A DNA stretch of 63,679 bases, counting the filler, from Nemertoderma westbladi (taxonomy: Eukaryota; Animalia; Xenacoelomorpha), in the NCBI GenBank assembly GCA_032718475.1. It is 4 parts of 4 records of this genome, joined end to end, with 100 filler letters (N's around TTAATTAATTAA, not from the genome) between each part and the next. Parts side by side here need not be neighbours in the genome. Positions count along the whole stretch, not along the records: positions 13,526 to 44,285 come from JAUCBJ010002082.1; 3 more parts are not named here. One strand, 5' to 3'. The notes beneath the pieces were generated by a model. That model made no database searches, had not been told where the DNA came from, and worked only from the letters and a program-made list of their open reading frames with translations. Both the position numbers and the translations under genes were made by a program. Numbering within the stretch: position 1 is the first letter of the stretch; the number at the start of each line of letters is the position of its first letter. Shown here piece by piece: positions 26,341 to 38,586 of this stretch.

Positions 26341-29300
26341 TTATGCCTCTCGCTGTGTTAAAGGCCTACTGAATGCTTTCCTACAGGGTATGCAGTTCCT
26401 AAGAACTTGGTTCAGAGCTCTACAGGGTTTATAAAAATAATAGCGAGTTCGAATTTCGCTAAGAACTCGTTCTCTACCACCATGATAAAGTTTGCTGTGA
26501 ACATCTACAATCATCTTGACTTGTATTTCAAGATTTCTAATGAGGATGGGGAACTTAGTGTCAAAGGATAATGGAGCATTCGTTAATCTTCCTCCAACAC
26601 GTATCAACCCATCTATCATTGTGCTAGAGAAACGATCCCTTAAGCGCATCTGGGGATTTCTCAACAACAGGAAATACTTATCGGAATCCTCATAGCATTG
26701 CAGGAGTCTCAGCATCTGCTTGTTGGTTTCTTCATGCTCCTGATAACTGATCTTCTCCTTCAGAAACCTGTCGGATATCTTATATTTGGGAAGATCTTTA
26801 ACAACATGGACCTGCACCGATGTCAGCGGAGCGGTATCACTATTGGTCTTCGTCCCGGAGTAGTGATGATGAAAACATCTTTTTAAATATGTAACGGCCT
26901 TACAGAGCCGATTCCAGGAACTGTAGTGATGTATCGCTCTCTGCAGGAGAGGTGAGAGTCCTTGCGAGACGTCTGGTATTCCAGATTTCCAATCCTTCTC
27001 ACGGATTTCCACAACAGACTTATTTATGGCTGTGGGTTTCTGATCCAAAGCGTCGTCTCCGGAAGTATGTAGTACAGACAGATCTACCATAGGTTTAAAT
27101 AACTTCGATTTACTCGCCCGAGTTTTAGGTTTGACTTTCTCCGCTCCCTTGGCCTGTCTGATCTCTGCCGTAGTAAGATGAGGAGGCCATTCTTCTTCTT
27201 CTTTATAGAGTAAGTCGGGTCCACCTAACCAGTCTGGAGTATCTACCAGTTCTTGTGGAGTTGCTCCCCTGGAGGCGATGTCTGCTGGATTAATCGTTCC
27301 GGGGCAATGTCTCCATTGATCCATCGTCGTGCGACTGAGTATAATAGGACCAGACTCACGGGAGTTGCTGGTGAATTTAGTTAATCGAAATCCACCTCTT
27401 TTTAAGCACTCTACCATTCCTTTAGCGACATCAATGGCTTCTTCGACTGATGGAAGGGACTTTAGATTGTCGTCCATGTATATATCCCGTTTGATGTTGT
27501 CAATCACCTCTTTAGAGAAGGCTTCTCGGTTGTCATCCGCAGTGGTGCGCACCACTGAACAGGCGTTTGAAGGGCTTGAGATTATCCCAAAAGCCTGGAT
27601 GGTCATCCAGTACTCCACCGGTTTCTGGTTGAGGTCTCCTTCAGGCCACCACAGAAATCGTAGGCTATCTCGATCCCTATCCAGCGCCTTGACTTGTAAG
27701 AACATGCCTTCTATATCTGAGGCGAAAGTGATTGAATATTGTCTTAATCTTAAGAGTATTCCCAACAAGGATTGGAGTAAGTTGGGTCCGGGTAACAATT
27801 CGGAATTAAGGGATTGGCCCATGTAGAGGGCGGAGCCGTCAAACACTACTCGTACCTCATGGGGTTTACCGGATTTGGGAACGTAATGGTGAGTTAAATA
27901 ATACGTTCTCTCAGTTATAGGTGTTTCTTCTGGTACTCGCTCCGCATATCCCTTGCTAATAAATTTCTTCAACTGTGTTTGATACATTTCTTTAGTTGAA
28001 GAATTTGCCGTAAGGCGTCGATGTAGTTGAGCAATTCTTTTCTCCGCCAAGGGTCTGTTGTTTATGAACTTTGGTTCTCGCTTTCGGAAAGGTAGACCGA
28101 TTTCATATCTACCTTGATCTTTAAGAAAACGTGTAGTTGTCTCTTGGATCTGCTTGGCTCTTTCTTCTTCTACCGATAGGGCCTTATCGTAGGAATTGGG
28201 CTCTACAGCCTCTTGAGTAAAGAATCGTACGGCGTGTTCATCCCGAGTTTTGGCATTATAACGTTCAATGACGTCATTCAGTTCGTCGTTATAGTCGTCT
28301 CGTTCTGATGGACGAAGGAGCTGACATAAGTTCACTCGGTTTTGCCAAGTCTCGTTTACCTTAAGGAGATCAATGGTATTCTCCTCGTCGAACAGTTGGT
28401 GGACATCGTCATTATCTGAGGAGTATGGCGTTCCCTCAGTTGGATCGTCTAACTCACTGCTCTCAACTTCCCATTCTCTTACTTGATATACCTGATCTTT
28501 CGGTAATCTTTCCATGAGAGTTCTACGGGAAGGGCCAGTAAAGTACCAACCCACTCTAGTTCTTCCCGCATAAGCTTGTAGTGGTTGCGGTTGAGCAGGC
28601 CGTTTCTCCAATGTCTCGAGCGCTTCATGCACGTTTTGACCCATGAGTATTTGCACTCCAGGGTAATCGGTGTTGAATCTAGGTATTTCAAGCTGCTGGG
28701 TGAAATCGTCCTCATCCCAGTTATAAGGTTCCACTTGGCTGGTAGCGAAGTTCTTTATCGCCACCATTTTTACTGACCTTATACTATGTTCTCCTAGTTC
28801 ATCCTGGGGGGTGGACAACGCACCTACATAATAATCCGCTATTACTGTAGATTTCCAAACCTGCATAATTCCTGACATATTTAGCTTAGTTCGGAACTTG
28901 GGTTGTCCAGCAAAGATGTCTTCGGCTAGTTCTTTGTCGATGAATGTTCCTGTGCTACCGGAGTCAAGGAGGGCGTTCACTATATAACTCCTTTTAGGTC
29001 CGTGGACCCTTAACTGTACTACAGGAAATTCTCGGATTCCTACATTGGAAGTTGGCGCTTTCCAAGATGGTTGTCTGTCAGAAGTAGTTAGGGTGAGGTC
29101 GCTGTCTGTGTCTTTTTCATATGTAAGTGCTCGATACACTGCGGTATTTATCATGTAACAGGATTCGTCTTCGTCGGAGAATTCGTCCGTATAGAATCCT
29201 TCCATCTCAGAACTTTGGTCAGTGTCATTCACATCACTGAATTGGACATGTAGTTCGGACTCACTTACCTGACTCGGGCTGTTTCGCTCGAATTCAGTGT

Positions 29301-29868
29301 GCAACAAGATATGATGTTTCGCACCGCACTTTGCACACCTTGTGTCGGAGTAACAGGTTCGCCGTTGGTGTCCTTGTCTGAGGCAATTATAACATAACCG
29401 CTTATCCCACATGACTTCCCGTCTATCCGTTAATGATTTCTTTAGGAATTCATCACACACGTTCAAACGGTGGGGCCCGTCACACAGCGCACATTTCGGT
29501 TTGATGTTACTTACCTTATTTTGAGTAACGTTGTGCACACTCGTTCTTTCTTCGGGCTTTCTTACCTGAATTCTCTTAGGAGACGTAGGAGGGGTTTTTC
29601 TTACCTGTTCTCTCCTGTCATTGGTTCGAGACCTGAATTTACTTACGTCTTTGGGCGTTTTGTTGACATAATAAGATCTTTCAGTGTCTTTCCCGCTGTC
29701 CTCTCCTTGAGAAGCCTGGCTTTCGCCGTCGTCGGTATAACACACTGGTGTTACCTTTCTCCTAGAAACGGGTTTCTCACTTACCTTGTTTTCCAGTGTC
29801 TTCTCTCTGGACTGCTTTAGGAGCTGTAATTTCACTTCTCCATCTAAGAATGACATGAGATCAGCCAT
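26341..29868 (-). CDS. BEL gag C-terminus/protease/RT polyprotein, 1175 aa, most of RNase H deleted in frame
   Basis: LTKFTSNSRE is joined almost directly to TTMDQWRHCPG. A premature TAA precedes the integrase core. Confidence 0.85.
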   Translation of the reverse strand: MADLMSFLDGEVKLQLLKQSREKTLENKVSEKPVSRRKVTPVCYTDDGESQASQGEDSGKDTERSYYVNKTPKDVSKFRSRTNDRREQVRKTPPTSPKRIQVRKPEERTSVHNVTQNKVSNIKPKCALCDGPHRLNVCDEFLKKSLTDRREVMWDKRLCYNCLRQGHQRRTCYSDTRCAKCGAKHHILLHTEFERNSPSQVSESELHVQFSDVNDTDQSSEMEGFYTDEFSDEDESCYMINTAVYRALTYEKDTDSDLTLTTSDRQPSWKAPTSNVGIREFPVVQLRVHGPKRSYIVNALLDSGSTGTFIDKELAEDIFAGQPKFRTKLNMSGIMQVWKSTVIADYYVGALSTPQDELGEHSIRSVKMVAIKNFATSQVEPYNWDEDDFTQQLEIPRFNTDYPGVQILMGQNVHEALETLEKRPAQPQPLQAYAGRTRVGWYFTGPSRRTLMERLPKDQVYQVREWEVESSELDDPTEGTPYSSDNDDVHQLFDEENTIDLLKVNETWQNRVNLCQLLRPSERDDYNDELNDVIERYNAKTRDEHAVRFFTQEAVEPNSYDKALSVEEERAKQIQETTTRFLKDQGRYEIGLPFRKREPKFINNRPLAEKRIAQLHRRLTANSSTKEMYQTQLKKFISKGYAERVPEETPITERTYYLTHHYVPKSGKPHEVRVVFDGSALYMGQSLNSELLPGPNLLQSLLGILLRLRQYSITFASDIEGMFLQVKALDRDRDSLRFLWWPEGDLNQKPVEYWMTIQAFGIISSPSNACSVVRTTADDNREAFSKEVIDNIKRDIYMDDNLKSLPSVEEAIDVAKGMVECLKRGGFRLTKFTSNSRESGPIILSRTTMDQWRHCPGTINPADIASRGATPQELVDTPDWLGGPDLLYKEEEEWPPHLTTAEIRQAKGAEKVKPKTRASKSKLFKPMVDLSVLHTSGDDALDQKPTAINKSVVEIREKDWKSGIPDVSQGLSPLLQRAIHHYSSWNRLCKAVTYLKRCFHHHYSGTKTNSDTAPLTSVQVHVVKDLPKYKISDRFLKEKISYQEHEETNKQMLRLLQCYEDSDKYFLLLRNPQMRLRDRFSSTMIDGLIRVGGRLTNAPLSFDTKFPILIRNLEIQVKMIVDVHSKLYHGGRERVLSEIRTRYYFYKPCRALNQVLRNCIPCRKAFSRPLTQREA

Positions 29869-31485
29869 GGTAGGGTCTCGTCGTTGCTGTTACATCATAT
29901 ATAACACTTTCTTATCCCAGCGTGTACCTACTCCACCCTTCGGTAAGGTAGAGGCCACAGCTCCAATAACTATAGAACTCTGATATTCATGAGACTTACC
30001 TAGCCAATCTAATTGTCTACAGATCTCTTGAATCTCATCGGAAAACTCTATTATCCCGCTGCTAATGAACTTTCGGGGCGCTACCAATTTTGCATACAAA
30101 TACCTAGCTATGTTATTCCTATTACCATACCTGATGTTTAGGGTATCCCAAACTTGTCTTAATCCATCGGGATGTCCAATAAACTTTAACGCCATTAACT
30201 TGGGAGATCCTTCCAAGCACTCGATGAGGAATCTAAGTTTCTCTCCGTTAGATAGCACAGAGTTCTGTATGTTATCTTTGTAATATTCATTAAAAGGTAA
30301 CCATTTCATCTCATCTCCATTGAACTTGACGATCTCTCCCACCTTTACCGCTTGACGGGCTTCGGTTCTAGCCATTTGACGCGTAAAACTTTCTTGGGCC
30401 ATCGTGTTATTTAATATCGAGTTATCGGTATATAAATTTCTCGGATTATTATCAAGTCTATATGGAATATCATTGTCAACAGGTTTATAATTACCCTTAA
30501 TAGGGTTTACTATAGGAGTTTCCACTTCGCTAGCAGTATAGATGCGTGTAGGCTCCACACCTTGCGCATGAAATACTTCAGACCTAACAGGTTGACACAT
30601 TGTTACAGGGGGTGGTGGTATACCCTTTTGTGTATTTACTAATTTATTGCGTTCTAACGCGATACTTTGCTGCACTTCTTGCAACTCTAACCTACTTTCC
30701 CTTACTGTGCCCTTGAACTGCTTAACAGTCTCCTGCATCTGCCCGAGCAGGAGATCCATCCCCCGCCGTCTCTCATCCACCCACTCGACCGCCGAAGCAG
30801 GAGTCGCCAACGTTGTAGCGGGCGGACGAGGGACAACGGGCGACAAATCATTAATATTTCGCTCGGAGTCCAAGACATAAACTGTCTCATGGGCTGTTCT
30901 GCTGGGTACAGGTAGCTTAGTGCTATGCAAAGAGAATTTAGAGGTAGGTTCTGGGAGTACAGGTGTCTCTATCACCGAAGGGGTGGCTTCGAGAACAGGC
31001 CTAATTATTTCAGGCTCATCTACTATAGTAGGGAGTCTGTCTATTTTAATAATTTGGTCTATGGGTTCTGTACTACCTAAGTCGGTGCTAGTTAGTTGTT
31101 TTCGAACAGCTGGGGGGCAAATCAGGCAATTTCTGACGGTGGGACATTCTTCTACGTCTGCTAAGACGAGATCTATTTCCTCCGCCTTCAGGATCGGTGG
31201 TATCGCCTTCCTCAGATGATGTATATCCTTGACTAGCTGTTAACTGTTTATTTATGCAGTCTTGATTCTCTTGAAGATTTTCCAACTCTAGTTGGGTTGT
31301 TTCTTCAGATGCCCTCCGTTCTGCTTCTGCCACTGCATCTGCCGCTGCCACTACCGCCTTTCTTTCCGCTTCGGCCGCTGCCACTGCCGCCTTTCTTTCC
31401 ACTTCTACCGCCTTTCTTTTTGCTTCTGCCTCTGCCGCTGCCGCTGCCGCCTTTCTTTCTACTTCTACCGCCTTTCTTTCCGCTT

Positions 31486-32030
31486 GGACATTATGGTGCC
31501 ATACAGAGAGCGGGCCAGGGTTACTCTCTATATCACCGCAAAGAAGGATCGATATGGAAGATGGTTGGAAGGTAATTGAATATACAGTACTACTGTGGCT
31601 AATAAAACATACACTGGATGCCACTGGGTACTGTTTGCAAACCAATAAGAACCATAATAAAACGTGAAAATTTTGAATATGGTTTGTTGTGGCTATCCGC
31701 CACATTTTGTCGGATAATGTAGAAACATTTGGTTGTTACTGGCTTGCAAACAATATAATGCATTATTAGTAAGTTTAAAGTTTGAACAAACAAGAGAAAG
31801 TGGCCAGTGGAATGGGGCTGTGAGTAATAAAACAACGCGCAATGTCAGTCGAGTTGGGCTATGTACGAAAACTGTACTTCTACATAAACAAACCAAAATA
31901 CAACTTACATAAACGGACAACAAATATAAAACAACCATCACCCAATATAATTCTAGTTCACTATACAACAAGAAACTGGCTGTAGCACAGTACGCAAACG
32001 CTTAAGCAACAGTGAGGCAGGTATCAGACC
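31486..32030 (-). mobile_element. 5' fragment of a CR1/L2-type LINE with 2A-like peptide
   Basis: ILLCGDIESNPGP at 31511-31549 followed by LSVWHHNVQ, resembling an APE endonuclease start. The upstream boundary is approximate. Confidence 0.72.
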
Positions 32031-32099
32031 CCACATGACTGCCCACGGGACAGTCAACAGTGTATTTTTACGTGTGGCAGGTCAAATGCCAAATTACAT

Positions 32100-32514
32100 G
32101 GAAGCAGGACAATTCGATCCCGGACAATTCGGTCCTGGACAATTTGTCCGGGACCAATTTTAAATGGTACTATATAATGGTGAATGTTCTAAAACCTTAA
32201 TAGATATTATTATATTGTATCTAGTGTTTTTTTTATTAGCTACTGTAGTATTTTTTTGAAAATAAAAAAATTACAATAGCTAGTAAAAAACAATAGCTAC
32301 CATAAAAAATATATCTACTAATATTCTAGAACCTTCACCAATATCAAAAAAGCACTAACAATTCGGACCCGGACAATTCGGTCCCGGACAATTCGGTCCT
32401 AGGACAATTCGGTCCTAGGACAATTCGGTCCCGGACAATTCGGTCCCATTTATTTAGTGTTTTGGTACTGAATTGTCCGGGGCCGAATTGTCCGGACTGA
32501 ATTGTCCGGGACCC
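32100..32514. repeat. MITE-like element with 14-15-bp GGACAATTCGGTCCC subterminal repeats in both orientations
   Basis: Direct arrays at 32107-32150 and 32359-32447; inverted array at 32465-32513. Confidence 0.7.
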
Positions 32515-33499
32515 AGGGACGGATTAAGGGAGGGGGCAACAGGGGCAGCTGCCGGGGGCCCGTAAGTTGGAAGGGGCCCGGAAGTTGGGAGAAATTTACC
32601 GAACATTATCTCCCTGATAAAACAACCTCATTTATTTATTAATTTCTGGCTGTTCAAAAATATTTAGAGTATATCTCACATATAGCACCATTCAGAGCAC
32701 TGTGTCCCATAGAAAGTTTAAAGTGTTTAAAAAATGTTGAAAGTGTAAAGTAATGCTTGAAGGAAAACTTTAGCAAAAAAGTAGATTTAAAATAATAGTA
32801 AATTATTACTATATTACAATAGCAAAAAAATAGATTTAAACTAATAGTAAATTATTACTGTATTACAATTAACATTTAATTTACTTTTCAATTAGATTTA
32901 TCTGAAATCATTCACGAGGTCAGTAGTCACAAAGCTAGGAAAATGCTTTTTTTAAAGTAATTGTTGTATCTAATTTATTGATTTACCAATATATTTTAAA
33001 AATTATATCCCAATCAAAGTCACACATTATTTTTCAGTATGTCACTAGTCGCTACCCAACGCGTGTACGCTGTCAGTATGGCAGTCGTTCCTAAATATAT
33101 AATTGATGTCTTTTGGATGGTGTCATTTTAGGAAAAAATAAATATTATTTAAATAATAAATGACTATTATGCGAGGAAAAAAAGTAAGACGAAATCACCG
33201 CTTTTTTCACTGATTTTCAATTTAGCGAAATTCAACTATTCTGTCCAAAGTGTTTTCTGTTTCGTTTTTTATGTCGAATATATTGTTTTATTTGGAAAAA
33301 ATATCACAAGCGTTACTTATTTTTACCAACGGGGTCTAAAATTTTTTGCAATTGGTTTTTCGTGGGGGGGGGGGGGGGGGGGGGGGTTCAGTTTCAATAA
33401 GTGTCGCTTTTTTATAGAGCTCTGGAAATATTACGAAATATTAAAAATAATTATAAATTAAAACGAAGTCTTAGACTTATCTAAAGTACCACAAACTAA

Positions 33500-35306
33500 C
33501 TAGACGTAGATAATATCGAATTTGTAATGCTTAGCCAATGAGTCGTTATCTAGAAGTTTGCCTGAGAACTTCATAGCATCGGTATCTGTTGCCAAAGCAA
33601 CAACACCTTTCCCTGGAGACTCCATGGTAGCTGGTTTCATTACCCCGAACCACGGACCGATGTACTTAATAAACTTATCTTCGTGTGGTTCCCAATGTCC
33701 GCTGTCAATCTTCCGTTTAAACTTCTCCACATATGACGTCATTATGAATCCGGGTTGTAACCCGACAACGACTACATTATGGGGCCGCAACTCAATGGCC
33801 ATCATCCGTGTCATCCTATCCAACCCGGCTTTGACCATACTGGCCGCGAGGCCGGTCCCGGCGTAGTAGTCGGGGTTGTCCCCACCGTCCGACGCCGCTC
33901 CTTTGCTCCGTAAATGCTTTATCTGTTCGTCCGATAAGTCGGTAGTGCTGACAATTAGACCGCCGCCCTTAGTAAGGGATATATGGATGGTAGCGAGACA
34001 ACAGGTTAAAGTACCGAAACAGGTTATTTATAATATACAGGCCTACATCATGTAGGGGAGAGAATGGGGGGGGGGGGGGGGGGGAATACCATCTCGGCGA
34101 ATTAATATCGCGTCTTAATGATAAATTATCAATTAAGTGAATGGAAAGAACCAGGTTACAGTGGCACTCAGTGTATTAATTAAAATTCAGTGACATCCCT
34201 CCCCCACAATTATCCACTTAATCTTCAGGGTGTCTCTCTGGGTTTGGGTGTAACCCCTCGGGAGGTTGTTTTTTAAAACATCTGAAAGACCGTGTTTTAG
34301 GTCAATACATCAGTTATTTGGTGTTATGTTAACGTGGGGAGGCTAAAAATGTACTGTCTCTATCTACATTTCACTAAAAACACCACTAGTCTCTTAATAT
34401 TTATTCTAATTTGTTGAAACTTTGTTGTCTTTTTTTGGAATGTACAAAAACACTCCAGCAGATCTTATAAACTATAATTTTTTAATTAAATTAATCAATA
34501 ATATTTGAACAAAAATTTAAAATCGTGCTGGAGTGATTTTCAAGATCCAAAAACCATTCAAATGAGCCATAAATTATAGAATTTGGGTACAAAATGACGG
34601 AGGAGTATAGTAATATGAAAATTTGAACAAGTAATTATTTGATAATTTCATTTAAAGTTTGACAATTTCCGCTCAAAACTGCCGACTTATTTGGAAAAAC
34701 AACAGATCGTTCTCATCGTTGAAATAAATGGATTGTATGGGATTGTTCGTCCTCTGACATTATGATAATTTGAATTTTTGACAATTTGTAACGAATTAAT
34801 TAGATTCCCAGCTCCCCACTGTTGTTACCTTATTGTAAAACTCATGTTGTCAAGCTACATTCACATCCCTGTTTTATCATCATTTTAGCAGCTAACGAAG
34901 AAGCGATGTAGTGAACATTCAGTCCACTGCTCGACATTCTACTAAACGTATCGATCGGCCATTCCCAGAAAGGCGATCCTAATTGACCGTTATACAATAA
35001 CCCAGTAGGGAAACAATGATTCACCAGAATATCCAATCGTTTCTCTTTCTCCTCTATCGATTTAAATACAGAAATTATGTCTTCTTCTTTAGAATGATCG
35101 CATTTAATCGCTGTGACTTTTCCGCCTCTCTTCGCCGCCTCTTCTACAACCTCATCCAACGACATCCCCGGTTGATCTGGTTTCCGTTCTTTCGTTCGCG
35201 CGGTTATGTAGACCTTCGCTCCGGCGTCTGATAGTTGGAGTGCGATTCCCTTTCCGATACCAGTAGAGGCTCCGGTTACTAAGGCAACTTTACCTTTCAG
35301 AGACAT
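33500..35306 (-). CDS. DHRS1: DHRS1-like short-chain dehydrogenase/reductase, two visible exons
   Basis: Exon 1 (35306 to ~34868) has VTGASTGIGKGIA, KCDHS, LDILVN and PFWE. Exon 2 (~33968-33500) has GLIV...KAGLDRMT...ELRPHNV...PG...GKGVVALATD. The splice donor is unresolved. Confidence 0.82.
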
Positions 35307-37309
35307 GATGTTTAAAAAGTAAACAAAAAAGAAAATAATAAGAGGAGAAATAGACAAAGACGATGATTTTTTAAATAACAAATTATGCTGAATCCGAATC
35401 TGATATCAGTTGTTCCATTGGTTGCAATATCAGTTGTTTTCGAGTTATTGGACACCTGAACGACTATCAAATACAAAAACATTTAGAAATATTCCGCAGT
35501 TTTTGGAATTAAGGCCTCAAAAGTATTTTATACTTTATTGCATCCAAATCTTTAAGCAATGACAAAAAATAAGTTTACTTTTGACAATGTAATGTTAAAG
35601 ATGTTTATATTATTGTACAATGACTAAATCGAAATAGATTTTTGACGACGTTTTTCAATCGACCTTTAAACTGTGCAATAAAATTGTATCATTGTTAGCA
35701 AAAATAGGGAAAAACAAACGTTTTATACAATAATTTGTGTTGACTGAATTTTGTTTCTAAAAACGTTATGGCGCATTTCGTATTATACAGTACGGTAAGT
35801 CAGTCCCGCATAATATTTTTATGTTCACATAAAAATTTGCACGGAATGTTTGTTTACATAATAACTCTAGAACTAAACAACTTATCGAAAAACCGATCTC
35901 AGATCCCGAAAAATCACTTTTTTACATCTGCATAATAATAATTATTTATTATATTAAAGTCATTCCCAAACAAAAAATATAACTGATGATAAAGATAGGC
36001 CTACACCTAGAAGGCAAAAACACCAACAACAAATAAAAAACAGTATACAGTACAGTAAATACAGCATATAATATACTGCGGGTTTTAATAGAATAGGCTA
36101 ATTGAACTGCCGAATAGACCCTATACTACTGTATGTACAAAATTATACGCACACACAGACCGGTCATCAACAAACAGAAACGTGATTGTCGCAAGTTTGT
36201 GGTGCTGCTTCCCTTTGGTTAGTTACAGAGCGTCTCTCTTCATTCATCTTTCCCCTTGAGAATACATTCAGCTGCGGAATGAAACCTACAATCAGCTGAC
36301 GTCTACGCCCATTTGCTTTTTAGTTTTTTTAAATGGTTTGGTCCTAGCATAACTACCGGTTGAGGTTTTTACTTAACGTGTTTCAAAAATAAAATAAATA
36401 TAATATGTAATTTACAAAATTTAGTTGAACATAACAAACAATGTTCAATGTGGCAACTAAATGAAAAATTTTAACCAACAGATATTCGAAACTGTTTAGG
36501 TTACTCAACAATGATGCAATAGTTAGTTGCGCAACATGTGTATGTTTATGTAATAATTACTAGATTAGCTATAATAAACTATAAAGGATCGACAGATGTT
36601 TTACTAAAGGTCTATCAATTATTATTCCATTAATTAATAATTAGCGAGAATACTGACGCTGTCCCCAGATGTTCCCATAATTTATTCTTATTATGTAATA
36701 AACGAAACTTAAGTAAACTATGAACATTTCTTAACTAATTAATATGCTTATGTATAGTGGTCCTTTTTCTCAATGGGAGCTATTTATTATGTTGCACATG
36801 GTGTTAAATATTTTATTTTTGGGAAAGTTCTACCCCACACCGTTTATATAACATACTAGTACACAAGTACATGCGCCGACACCAGTTCAAGTTTAAATTG
36901 CACTGCGGACACCAGCGCAAGTACCACTAGCGAAATTAGTAATCGGGTGTAGTTTCACAAATTCTAATAGCTAAGGTACCATACAAATAGCCGACACCAG
37001 TGCAAGTATCGCTAGTATCACAAGTGCTGGTACCGGGGTGAGTACTACAGTAGTACCGACACTGCAATGACCAATTAGATATAAGTATAGTCGAAGGACA
37101 ACATTGTTTAGTCATGACAACGTGTGAACATTGCTATAGATAAGAAATAAAATATTATAATATAAGCATTCTCATTGGATAATATTTGTTTAATAATCGC
37201 CGTGACAATGTGTGAAAACCTTGAGGGTATAGATAAAATAATTTTTTTGAATTCTTTATTCATTATATCATTTTTGTTTGGGAATGTCTTGTATGCAATA
37301 AAACAGAAA

Positions 37310-37822
37310 ATGTTTACTACATTGCAATCTGAAAGTAATTATTACTGCGGCGCTAATTCAATTATACCAATTAGAGTTGAGTTGTTATCCGCTACAGCGC
37401 GAGCACCAGTTTGTGGGCCTTATTGTCCCGCTGGAATAGATATTTTCAGCGCCGTAAATAGAACGATAGAGCCACACACGCGAATGCTCATTGGAACAGG
37501 CATTAAATTATATCTTCCACCCAATTTCTATGGAAGAATTTCTCCACCGTTCGCGCTATCGCAAATTGGGATTGATGTTCTGGAAGGTATATTAGATTCA
37601 AAACCGGCATGCGGGAATATAGATAAACTTATGGTTATTTTAATTAACAACTCACACCGAGAGTACACCGTATCTATTGGAGATAAAATAACCCAAATTA
37701 TCTTTGAACGGAGCAATGCTCCAATACTATATGTTTCTGAAGTTCGTACCGACGCCGAAGACCGTTTTAAGCTTCCAACGCTGGTATCGTATGAAAATGA
37801 AGTTAATTGTTCTTATTATTAA
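37310..37822 (+). CDS. Intronless dUTPase-like protein with degenerate catalytic motifs
   Basis: AGIDIFS, IGTGIKLYLP, YGRISP, GILDS, VILIN and GDKITQIIFE match the trimeric dUTPase fold. Likely start is the ATG at 37310. Confidence 0.82.
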   Translation: MFTTLQSESNYYCGANSIIPIRVELLSATARAPVCGPYCPAGIDIFSAVNRTIEPHTRMLIGTGIKLYLPPNFYGRISPPFALSQIGIDVLEGILDSKPACGNIDKLMVILINNSHREYTVSIGDKITQIIFERSNAPILYVSEVRTDAEDRFKLPTLVSYENEVNCSYY

Positions 37823-38364
37823 TGTAAAATATATTGTGGTTACAGACGGACATGAATATCATATAGCCAACACAGAAAGCAAAATAACAATAAAAGAGCA
37901 TGTAAATTAGGATAATCAGTCAGTTCAGTTATTTCCGATTGGTCAAGTAGTTTGTAGCAAGTATCGAGATAAGTAAGTAAGTAAGTACTGCGCCATATAG
38001 TAGTTCTGTTACAGTATATATATATATATACTATACTTATACTTACATAATACATATATTTAAGTATAATATTTAATTAATTTTATTTATATATTTTTTT
38101 TAATAACAATGCTGTATATTTTAATATCATTTATAAGATGTAGTTAATCAATTTAATTATAAATAGACTTGGTTCAAGTCCGTAAGTTCATTTTTGTCTC
38201 AACAACTTCTTCCATTCAGCTGCACCATCGAATTGATTCAATTATACTTCCCTGTTCCTTTCTTCCCCCGACTTTTCGATCTTCTTTTAATTTTCTTACC
38301 TTTCTTTTACTTTCCTTTACGACTTCTAGACATTCATTAACTTTATAATAATATAATACATATA

Positions 38365-38586
38365 CTAATCTAATACATATACTATATATATAATCTAATA
38401 CATATACTACATATATAATCTAATACATATACTATATATATAATCTAATACATATACTATATATATAATCTAATACATATACTATATATATAATCTAATA
38501 CATATACTATATATATAATCTAATACAGTACATATACTATATATATAATCTAATACATATACTATATATATAATCTAATACATATA
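38365..38586. repeat. 25-bp AT-rich minisatellite
   Basis: CATATACTATATATATAATCTAATA repeated about eight times. Confidence 0.92.

Larger units (their letters stand above)
21716..31485 (-). mobile_element. BEL/Pao LTR retrotransposon copy 2 (gag-pol, long 3' region, accessory ORF), both ends lost
   Basis: Gag KFNGDEMKWLPF...EKLRFL and zinc knuckles CALCDGPH, CYNCLRQGH, CAKCGAKHH. Protease LDSGS; RT RVVFDGS, DIEGMFLQV, YMDDNL; integrase GVDLFGP, CRAIHLD, SDKGTNF, GGSWERL. Several frameshifts and stops. Confidence 0.95.

Noticed and set aside
15870-26345. TAA reassignment suggested by in-frame TAA in GMPS and BEL pol
   Set aside because: Both loci also carry frameshifts, and TAA ends other ORFs normally, so decay explains it.
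1073-31485. Giant inverted repeat formed by the two BEL copies
   Set aside because: The copies are diverged, carry different deletions, and lie on either side of an artificial spacer.
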